Assembly (NCBI RefSeq): GCF_964204645.1
Contig: NC_134025.1
Location: 20,497,101 to 20,561,100, forward strand
Reading direction: 5' to 3'
DNA length: 64,000 bases
Origin: Tubulanus polymorphus
Taxonomy: Eukaryota > Animalia > Nemertea
Part shown: positions 38,701 to 52,000 of the stretch, in pieces
How positions within the stretch are numbered: position 1 is the first letter of the stretch
How the letters are laid out: each line of letters starts with the position of its first letter
The notes under the pieces: generated by a model
Told to the model about the DNA's origin: nothing
Database searches by the model: none
The model's input: the letters and a program-made list of their open reading frames with translations, nothing else
Program-made: the position numbers and the translations under genes

Positions 38701-40760
38701 AATCTTCTCTTCCTCTTCGGTCAATTTGATGTCCCCTTGGTACAACTCATTGAATAATGTGCCTAACATCCAAATTAGAGATCGATTACAAATTGTGATA
38801 GATTTATTGACAAATTCTTTTGGCCGATATTCACGGTTATCATTACTATTTTTCTTGTTGAGTTCAAGTATTCTTGCCGATCCAGACGTTTCTGTGAGTA
38901 TTTTCTCTTGGCTTTCTTTGTAACATTGTTCATCGATCCATTTAGTTATGGCCTCAGATTCTCAAATATGGCAACGGTTGTAAGAAAATTATTTGACCGT
39001 TTAGTCATGTATTGTAAGGTTTTTCAGATACAATCTCTTCGTAAACTTCGTAATGATTGTGAATTGAAAGTTCTATACTTACGCGTTTGATTGTATTCAC
39101 AAACGGCATCGAACGATTCGGAGCATGAATTGACTTCAGCATTAGAAAACTTCGAAGAGATAGCCACGCAACCAGTTATTTTTGGGGCTTTTATCAACCG
39201 TTTGGACAAGGTCTGAAAACATTTTCTTTAGTGTGTTAATCAAATGCGCGTCGTGGGTTCTTTTTCAATACGTTATAGATAATCCAAACGGTTGTCTATT
39301 ATCAAAATAAGGAAGTTAGTTACGGAACATATTTGCAAAACACATTTTTCGAGGTGTATTCCGAATAAGCCTCCAAAATAACTTTTAATATGAGAAAATT
39401 AGTTTCTATTATTACTTTGGAATAAACCACATAGAAAACATTTCACTTATTACTTTGACATATTTCCGTATCATTTCAAGTAACCGACTCTAAAAAACCT
39501 CGAAAATTACTTTTATAGTATGGAAACTTAACATAACTAACTCGGAATAAATCTCGATTTTAATTGAGAAACGCAGTATATTCCGACTCAGCGAAAAAAA
39601 TCTCGAAAAACTTAAGCAGAAAGGAGAAACAAGGTATCAATCGTTTAGCTTTATAATTTAGCTAAAGCAAGATTTTAACTGACTGACCCATGCTTTCTTT
39701 TCGTCTTTGCTTTCCAAATTGTGATTTTTAGTTGTGCAGTCATCATCCAGCCATTGATAGATGTCGGTAGTCAAATTGTAGGTCATACCAATCCAAAAGT
39801 TTGTACTAAAATAATGGAGAAAAAACCCTTTCAAGCTATACTCGCGCCAGTATTTCACGTGACGTCACATTGGCCGAAAAGGTCAATGATAGCAATGGTA
39901 GTTTCAGCTGATACTAAAGACGGATACATTAGAGGTTATCTAACTATCATTACTGTAATATTATCATTATTAATAATATTGTATCATTGTCGATTTTACT
40001 TCTTATTGACTTTTAGATCTTTTTTCAATTCTTTCAATACGCTTTTCTTCTTAAGTACGGCCAATTTTCCACCGTTCTCCCCGCAGGCCTTCTGTGCATC
40101 AGCGTGAGATAAACTTTGGCCAAGAATCACGTAACAATGTCCGTTGTACTCGACTCCTCCATCGCAATCACCGCTCCCTGAATGATATGAACAAAAAATG
40201 GCAGTTAAACAAAAGCTCAACGCACGTGTAGAAATGCCAAGGGCCAAGTTGAGCGGTCATGAATTAAGTCCGAAAATTGTTTTAAGTCTCGAGATTGCTT
40301 TCAAGTTGTTAGATTGACATAAGAACTACGGTGATCTTAAATCTCGGCCGTGACTGTGCTCAGGCACAAAATTAACTACAAGTTAGGACATAAAGGTAGA
40401 ATTCGAATCGACCGCCATTATGACCTACACTCATCATTCAGTCGTCAAATGCCTCTGTTAGAACGTCGTCAAATTATTTGTAAGTTGTATGTCGACATGG
40501 TTAACGTAGGCATCTTGATTGAGCACTTTGATTGAGGATTGAGCACTTTTTGAAAATCGACTATTTCTTCTAGACTCAAATATTACCAAAAAATCAGTGA
40601 AATCAAAACAACAAATCAAACAAAACAACTGACCTGACATTTTAGATTTACCAGGTTTTCCTTTATCAGATTTACCAGATTTTTCTTTTTCTGATTTTTT
40701 TCCTTCGGCAATCAAAACAAAAAACGAAAACGCAACTACAAGCGTCCCGCGAAGCAACAT
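32759..40760 (-). CDS. Secreted multidomain astacin (M12A) zinc metalloprotease, ~940 aa
   Basis: 16 phase-consistent exons: 40760-40634 (signal); 40177-40000, 39805-39688, 39212-39083 (C-type lectin-like); 38762-38303 (prodomain, YQGDI); 38087-37990 (RRKR/SA, WLDGIIPY); 36455-36329, 36250-36048 (HELMHTVGFYHEHTRPDRD), 35938-35711 (YDFRSVMHY Met-turn); 35422-35243, 35097-34930 (FN2 x2); 34400-34218 (TSP1); 34110-33989, 33586-33409 (WSC-like); 33164-32982, 32901-32759 (TSP1 x2). An extra exon near 38835-38960 is possible. Confidence 0.9.
34578..34880. mobile_element. MITE in an astacin intron
   Basis: Inverted arms GCAGGGATTCGAACCTGATGGCATCGC...ACACTAGACC..GTGCGCAG and CTGCGCAC.TGGTCTAGTGT...GCAATGCCATCAGG..CAAATCCCTGC. 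Confidence 0.7.
37288..37699 (+). mobile_element. LTR-like fragment in an astacin intron
   Basis: TG...CA bounded, purine-rich, TATA-like GATAAAA and AATAAA; no TSD found. Confidence 0.35.
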
Positions 40761-42992
40761 ATTGTGAACTACACGAATGGTGCGAAGATAATGTCGTAGA
40801 TTTCATTAGAGACAATTCGTTTTATGATGCCAGATGGTTACCGATGAGTTACTCGATATCCGTAACTGATACACGTACACACGGGATACGTATTTAACCA
40901 GATTAGTTAACGATTTTATGATATCTGCATTATTTCGACAAGTGGCTGCATTGAGCAGAAAAAAAGATCAATAGGCAATGTAGTGTATGGTTAGGCATAT
41001 ATGATGCTTGATCTCCACCAATTTTTTTTGTTATAAATTTCACAGTTTTAACTTTTAAAGATTGCCGTTATGTCGTGTTTCGTTGTTCGTAATATCACCA
41101 GTATGGTTTGCCTTGTATATGCCACGTTTATTCATATATACTTCAGGTAATTATTCAAATATTCCTAATTTCTTACCACCACCGCCAATCAGGAGCAAAT
41201 ACCACATTTGTTGTAAGTGGAACTGGGCCGCTGGAAATGATATTTTCATTTCGATGAATTTTTAGTGGTCCGTTTACAACGAATTACAAAACGATCAATT
41301 CTGAACACAGTATAATAAATAATCCGTACTTACTTTCAGCCACCTTCTCTTATCTGGAGATTTGTAAACGCACTGACTCGCTTCAGGCGGGCCTAGTGAC
41401 TGGATTAATAGCCGGCAATCTTTTTGGCAGAAAAAAATTACAAGGTTGGCGGAGGAGATGACGACGCTAGGAAAAGAAGTGGGTTACAACCCTTTATTAC
41501 CTCCGGTCCACGTATGTGGACAAACATATCTACAATAATAGCTGCCATGCAAGCTATCGAAGAATCCAAAATAATTGCCTGGAAGGTCTGTTGTCCACAC
41601 AATTTGACATTTTGTACGTGGTTGTTCTTGATAGAGGGCGCCAGGTTTGTGTGGTCATAAATTTAAGCTAATGAAGGCATCAGACCACAATTAGGTTAGT
41701 AGTGCCTAAGAGCGAAGAAGAGGCCCCCCATAAATGTTGCCATAATTAATAATAATAATGGCAAATGGGATAGGTAACGAATTTCGGTTATATGTTTGGA
41801 ATCCATTGATCCTGAGAGACAGATTAATGATGAAATAAGGGATTCCCTGGACTTTTTTTTGCTTGGAGTAAGGGTACCAAATACGGTAGGCGATATTCGG
41901 CTCGGATGTACTGGCATACCTGTACTGGGATACCCCTCCTTTCTAAAGGTTTGGATTATTTCAAAAGTTAGGTTGGGTATGTGGGGCGAAAACAACTTCA
42001 ATGCGTAGCTAAGATGCTGGCCCTTTGAGCCATAAGCAGGATTTCCCCTGAATTTACGCCCTTACTACGAACTAAACTCTCGAATTTCTTGTTTTTATTA
42101 CAGGATATAGAAGATTTTGGAATAGTGGTCTGAGCTCTGAACTATTCCTCTTTAACCTGATGTCCACAATGTCAAAGAAAAATGGCGAAATCATTTTCTC
42201 AAATTCGCGAAACTGATACTGTATTTCTATTGAATGTAACTATAGAATGCAAAAATAGGTCAATAAGAAATATTATACATTTTTAGGGCAAAGGCACTCA
42301 AGGGTTAATACATGTAATGATTCCAATGAAGCCATGTTGAAAGTCGAGGAAAAACGCCTTGCCATAGAACAGGAGAGACTGGAGATCGAGAAGGTTCAGG
42401 TGGATGTGGAAAAAAGAATATTAGCGAAAAATACCAATCATTTACGTCATTTAGAGTATTATTTGCCTGGAAAATAGGAGTTTAGGGTTGACCCTTAGTT
42501 CACGCAGATTTGCAGGAAAAATTCATGAATAATCTGCACGTATCTTAGTGAATATGGATATTTTCGCCAATTTATGGGAGGATTTGAAACGAAAATTGTG
42601 TTAGTTAATATTTGGAGGTACCTGTATCCGAAGTAGAATCTGTGTTGTAAATCTTTTATTCAAACGCACGAGTTGATACGAGTTCCTAGTTATCCCACGC
42701 TACGTAGGGAACATCTCAAAATGTCAATAGTTGCGTCAATTAAAATAATTGTCTGATTCTTTCTACCCCCATCCCCTTTGATTAGACACTATTCTCATTC
42801 TAATGAGAGATCACAGACAACGATAAGGTATTCTCAGGAGTTTATTTCGGTCAAAACTTTTAATTGAAAAATAAAATAGCAAAATTACAAGTGAAAAACC
42901 TATTAAACTCTAATAGACTTCACAAACAAAATAAAATATATCTAAAATACATACAGCATATCTAAAAGAGAGACAGTTAAATCTACTGCTTG

Positions 42993-43114
<122 letters not shown>

Positions 43115-43142
43115 CTTTTATAACGTGTAATTGATCTGCTAA

Positions 43143-45059
<1,917 letters not shown>

Positions 45060-45559
45060 AGAGTCCATGATTAACCTTAAGAGAAATTCTGAAGCCATTG
45101 ACCATAGTCTTCTTTACAACAACAGGCTATAAACAACACAGTAGAGCTATACAGACTACGGATCAATGATTGTTTGAAAATTCACCAAACCTCTTATCTG
45201 CTTAAAGAAGATATAGCTTGCAAACGTTGCATGATTTCTCGGTCTTGTACAGCGATATAAGTCTAATCGTATGGTACTGTAGAAAGTGTTCTATTCTATT
45301 TTACTTACATCTATAAGGTTTGATTATCTCTTTTGAATTGCAATGATTGACTCACGTAATTCCCAAGCTATTAATTAATTTTCCGTCAGATAAGGCTTAT
45401 TTTTCTTAGTACTATAAACTACATCTTTTAATTACTTTTTATCAGGTAACGGGTACATTTAAAAAGTTAATACAGTATTTTAGTTGAAATATAGCATAAA
45501 CCGAGTGACTATCAAATAACTAATATTAGTATCATCTTATTCGAGTGTACTTTTCCTTG

Positions 45560-45760
45560 ACTTCTAGATGTTTTTGAATTCTTTCCATACGGATTTCTTT
45601 TTAGGTATGGCTAATTTCCCACCGTTTAAGCCTCGTGAGATAAACTTTGGCCTAGAATCACGTAACAATGCCCGTTGTACTCTACTCCTCCATCGCAATC
45701 ACCGGTTTCTGAATGATTGAATGATATGAACAAAAATGGCAATAACAATACACGGGTTGA
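45560..45760 (-). pseudogene. Decayed copy of the astacin CTLD exon 40000-40177 plus flanking intron
   Basis: GTGAGATAAACTTTGGCC.AGAATCACGTAACAATG.CCGTTGTACTC.ACTCCTCCATCGCAATCACCG is nearly identical to 40104-40173, with an internal deletion. Confidence 0.85.
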
Positions 45761-46079
45761 AGTCCAATCTCACAATAAATCCGCAGAATTCTTTGTAATC
45801 AACAATTAACAATTAAAAATTATGTCTTGTCATTTTTCATAATCACTCAAAATACGTACGATTTGTCACCGAAACTACGTAAGCGTGATTTTTAGCGCTG
45901 ATAAGACCTCAAAAGTGGTTAAAGTAATTGTCGATTAATGGTCATGACGTCCTTCTGATGGCCTAGATAATGCTCGGCCAGGTATACAATGACAGGTATA
46001 CAAATAGATAAGTAATGAACTTGTCATTTCAAACTCGACTGGTCAACAAATCGCGTGGCGGTGTACATGATATACGAAA

Positions 46080-49000
46080 ATGACTCCGGATCCGACAACT
46101 ACGTCAACAGTGAACCTGGTCGAAGAAAATGTAAGTTGAATATTGTTTTGATGGGTAAATTCGAAAAAGTACACGAAATCACAATATTGATATTCCAACT
46201 TTATCCGAGCGAACGATCGAGTGTTGTTTTGTCTTAGATTCATTTAATTTCCACGTACTATGTATATTTCAGTACAGATCTGCAGTTATATTTTGATTAT
46301 GTCATGATAATTATATATTGTCGGAATATATGATCGGCTGAATTCACTGACTTGGGTAGAAATTAAATCTTTTTTTTTAAATCAAAACCGGTGACAGTCG
46401 TTCCACGTATATAACTTATAAGTATTTTTCTTCTTTTCTTAGGGCTTTGCAACTGACCAGGCAAACAGCCACACCATCGACACCATCGACAAGGGAAACA
46501 CCAAAAAAGGGCCAAAAGAACGTGGAAATTGGGGTGGACAACTGGAGTTTATTCTGACGTGTATAGGATATGCCGTAGGCTTAGGAAATGTTTGGAGATT
46601 TCCATATCTCTGTTACAAAAATGGAGGAGGTAAGTTAAGTACTTATAAACTCAAGAGAAATTTCCTCTCTTGCCATAACACAGTAGCTTTGCTTACTTGA
46701 TATTTGTCGGGCATTTGTCAAATATTATTTCGATCTGGTTCTGTTGCAGGTGCCTTTTTGATACCATACGTCATAATGTTGTTATTTGTCGGTCTTCCGT
46801 TATTTTTTATGGAGCTTGCGTTCGGTCAATTTGCTAGTCTCGGTCCGATATCCATCTGGAAAATAAACCCATTATTTAAAGGTAATCTTGGTGGTTGACA
46901 CTGGAATAAACTTGTTTACGCTCGTATTCATGGCAATCACTCTTTCGTAAAAACTTTCATTCAGCTTCAAATTTCAAGATTTTGCCATATTTTATCATTC
47001 CAGGTATGGGTTGGGCAATGATAATAGTGACGTTTTGTGTCTCATTGTACTATAACGTCATTGTTGCATATTGTTTGTACTATCTATTCGCGTCGATGAC
47101 GTCGGTCCTACCGTGGTCAACATGTGACAACGAATGGAACAGCGAGTACTGTACGAACGACATCAATGATGATGTCGTTAAAAACGGTAGGTTTCCATAT
47201 ATATTTCAACTCGTATTTCACACCGTTAAAAGCCTGCATCACGTTCGATATTTGAGATGTGTATGTTTCAGTTACGTATTTGAATAATGCCACAATCGAA
47301 ATCGAAAATGGCACAGTTACACTCTATAACTGTAGCGCTAGTGCAATTCAGAATGCACTTGCAACTATCAATACAACGACAACTACGCTGGTAGCAAACT
47401 GCACAGAAAAACAGACAGCAATCAACTCGTCGACGGAAGAATATTTCTAGTGAGTGGCTACTCTTGTTCTAACTCGGTCGAGCTTAACGTATAGTTAAGC
47501 TTTATACTAAATGCGATAACGTATAACATTTTTAGTAACAAAGTACTTGGCCTAACTGATGATTTTTCCGTAACTGGCAAGTTGAAATGGGAGTTGAGTC
47601 TATGTCTGCTCTTGGCCTGGATTATCGTGTTCCTCGTTTTGATCAAAGGAATACAGACGTTAGGAAAGGTAATTATTTGGTCAGGAAGATCTCATCGATA
47701 GCTTAAGTCTGGCAATGTAAATCTTAACAATCAATCCCTGTGACAACATTGAACTTTGCCTTCGCAATTTGGGGGGGGGGGGGGGTGTATGAAAGCGAAG
47801 TTGACAAAGAACCTTGAAGATAGAGAGGTAACACGTTCATATCGAAATCACATGTTTTATTTATTTCCAAGATAAAAAGTAAATTTTCTACAATAACTTG
47901 AATCTTCAATAGTTTAGATTTACCCTTATACATGTATCTAGGTTATGGTTTTCCATGCAACGCCGTATTTTCTGGTAAACTCATTGGATCACAACCTAAA
48001 GAAAGAGAAAATATATGTGCTTTTGATGCTAACAACTAATTAAGCATGACCAAATATTGCGGGTTGCTAAATTACACTAAAATATTCATTTCGTATGTTA
48101 TCATCTCAAAATAAAGTCTGGCCACCCTAAACTCAAGGGAAGGTTTAAAACGCCTGCATGTTCCGTCAAAATTATCGAAGCAACTGAATAATAATGCACA
48201 CGCGAAATGCAGCGACAGATAAGAAGACAAAGCAATTCAAACCCACTGTTTCTTAACAATATAGCTGATTAAACAGTTCTTTTAATTTTCTAATTTTAAA
48301 GGGATGTAAAGCGTCGCTAGATGATCTATTTGACCATTTTTTCCGCTATTAACCAAAACCATAGTAGAGAAAATGATACTCATAATTTTTTCAATGTAAG
48401 TGACTTCATTCATGATCACAATGATGATGCACTTAATAGGCTTATCACTGAGGGAGAATTATCTAAATGCATAAAATGCCTCAAGAATAACAAAGCCTTT
48501 GGAAACGACAAAATCCTAAACGAATTTCTAAAAACTGCAGAAAATGAAATCCTGCCTACCTTTGTTCCATTGTTTAACCATAGATTGAAAACAGGCTGCA
48601 TTCCGGAAGAGTGGGGAGTAGGTATTATTATCCCAATCTATTAAAATAAGGGAGGCCCTTCCAATCCGGATAACTACAGAGGAATTATCCTACTGAGCTG
48701 TATGAGCAAATTGTTTACGAGCCTGATTTATAAACGTTTAGAGGAGTTCTTGATGGAAAATCAATTACTAAATGAAAATCAAGTCGGATTTCGGAAAAAT
48801 CGTAGTATCATGGACCATATTTTCACGCTGCATTCTCTTATAGATATTTTGACTGGTAATAAGCGAAAACTTTATTGTATATTTATTGATTATCAAAAAG
48901 CATTTGACATATGGAGAAAAGCACTGTGGCATAAATTAATTTCAACTGGAATTACAGGAAATATTCTCCGAGTGATTCATAACATGTACCAACATATCAA

Positions 49001-52000
49001 GTCCAAAGTCAAGGTAAATAACCAACTATCTGAAAGCATAGATAGTCAAATCGGATTACGTTAAGGGGGGGGGGGGGAATTGTTACCAGTGCTTTTCTCC
49101 ATGTCAATGACCTCGAGTCTTTCCTATACGAGAAAGGTTGTCAAGGATTAAATTTCCAGGTGGATGATATCTGGTTTAACATATTAATACTTTTATATGC
49201 TGACGATACTTTATTATCATCCGACAATGCTCCTAAACTGCAAAATATACTTGACCATGTTGTGGATTACTGCCAGACATGGCAATTAGTAATCAATATC
49301 GAAAAAACGCCATAAAAAAAAGCCATAGTCTTTGAAAAAAGAAGATCGAACAGACAGCCTATTTTCTACGTAAGGGGGTAGCTTTGGAAACAGTACCTGA
49401 CTGGTAATTTTGCTAAATGCAAAAAAATATCTGTGACCAACCGAAAAAGCATTATTTTTTGTACTTGAAAAAGTACAGCAATACTCTCTAACTATAGACA
49501 TTGCATTTAGATTTTTTGATGCAATGGTTGGATCGATCCTTACTTTTGGTAGTGAACTATGGGGTTTCTCGAACTTAGATGCAACCGAGAAAATACAATG
49601 TTTTGCAAATACCTATTGAAATTGAAACGTGCAACACCAAACGCTTTGGTTTACGGAGAATTAGGACGGTTTTAAAATACAAATACAAGTCAGAATGGTT
49701 AAGGTTTGGGGACACCTGACTACAGTGAGCAACACTCATCCTGGTAAAATATATCACATCCTATTAAGAAATCATGTAAATGGTAAGACCAGTAAATGGA
49801 TAACTTGTATCCAGTCGATCTTAGAAAACTGTGGTCTAGGCTACATTTGGTACGAACAATCTTTCCCGAACTGCCGTTATTTGTCAGAAATTGTTAAACT
49901 ACGTTTGCAGGACCAATTTAAACAGAAATGGCACTAGACTATTGAAGCCTCAACAAAACTAGATGCTTACGGAATTATTAAGCTGAATTGGGGGCGGGAA
50001 ATATGTTCACTAGCATTACCTGACCTAAGGACAAATTTAATACGGTTCCGTTGTTCTACGGTTCCAGTTCCATTTTAGCGAGGATTCACCTGTCATTTTA
50101 CACAGTGTTAAGCGCATGCGCATCTGCTAATGATTATTCATGACTTAGGTCATTCCAGATCAGGTCAAATTATATAAAAGCTAAGGAATTTTTTAACAAA
50201 TTATCTAAAATTTTACAGCTTAGAACGGTCACATCGCAACGAAATTCGCACAATAGCGAGTGTTAGGCTAATTGAATCATATGGAAAAAGAAATACGACC
50301 GGGTCTATCACCGTTTCAAAATGTGGCTTGTTATCATCACTTTCTAGCAATATTGGCACAAGGCCAACGGGTCGTTTGCGTAAGAAGCGAACCATAGGTT
50401 CGCCAATATACCTCCATGGTTTGAAACAAAAAGATTCTGATATATATTTCCTGACCATTAACCATTTCTATTCCTATAAATGGCATTTGATATTTTACAG
50501 GTGGTATATTTCACCGCGTTATTCCCGTATGTTTTGCTGACGGCTCTTCTCATCCAAGGCTGTACACTAGAAGGTTCAATTGATGGTATACTGTACTACG
50601 TAACCCCTCAATGGGATAGACTTCTCGATGGCAAGGTAAAACGGCTATTGATTTTCATCAGATAATAGGAATAACGAGAAGTAAGAACTAAAACATTTCA
50701 TATCACACGCCAACCCGCTGAAACCCAGTCGCCCTGATCGACGTCCACGCGGTCCGTTAATTATATTTGCATTCAACGATGTTTTCATGTTTGTTTATTC
50801 AATTCCCAATACTGCTTCGCACATATTTTCAGGATTAAATCGACGCTCGAGGGACACCGAGTTGCATGAATGTTGTTCGATTTGATATCGATGATTCGTA
50901 GAGAATTCGACTAAGTCGTCCGACTATGATCGTCGAATCATGAGGCGTTCATTTCGCTGGTCGTCACAGAGATTCTCTTCCCCGTTTATTTTTCAGTCCA
51001 GGGAAATCTCACTCGAATATTTCTTACAGCGCGGGATTAAATCTACCATGCATTGATTTACTAGATCGCTAGATTGGATACTACAAATTCATTTTTCTAT
51101 CAAATTTTTGGTATCTCGTTTGAGCATTTGTGATATCTTATACTATTGTAGGTTTGGAGCGATGCGGCCACGCAAATTTTTTACTCCCTAGCCACTTGTT
51201 CTGGAGGTCTAATCGCAATGGCCAGTTTTAATAAATTTAACAACAACTGTCTCAGGTACTGAACTCTGGCATAGAACAACATAACCTTAGAACGCTTATA
51301 TACCTTATAAAAACCTAAATCGCGTAAGGATGAAATAGAGAAAAATTGCCCACGCTTAACGCGTCTTAACGCGACTCTAACAGACTTTGGAGTAATAATT
51401 TGACAAAGGGAAAAAGGGCATTTAAAAGCCGCGGTAGCATTAAGTTTGATGAAATTCTGGAACAATTTTTTTGTTTAGTGGGTTTTTTTCTAATCCTGGG
51501 TACGGTATATGTTCATCGCCAGCTTTAATCAACTGATATGATATATGAAAAAAGTAAAATGGGATTTTATTGCTCGGTAAGTGCGATCAATCAGAGATAT
51601 TCTGGGTTAGATTTTACGGAAGTGATCTTTGAACTATATTTTCTTAGCGCAAACCGTGGAATTCTTTTATCATCCCCTGTAAAACCGAACCAATTGTAAA
51701 TTAATTTCAAATTTGACGATCAATTCCAACCGAATGGTTGAGTAAATCATTTTATATCATAAGTAAAGTGAATGACTAAATTCAGACGAAATTTGATGAT
51801 CAAATCAAACACTTTAAGAAACAGATGATTTTTGTTCAAGCTTATGATAGATTAGCTTTCATCGAATTACAAGTAAAACAGAAATTGTCGCCTTGCGAAT
51901 GAAATATTGTACGATCTTTTTATTTCAGAGATGCTCTAATCGTGCCGTTCATAAACTGTGGTACGAGTATCTACGCCGGGTTCGTGATATTCTCAGTTCT

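Noticed and set aside
41380-42480. Possible coding remnant (e.g. EEKRLAIEQERLEIEK at ~42346-42395, reminiscent of transposon-associated coiled coils)
   Set aside because: Too short and fragmented; no diagnostic motif or splice chain.
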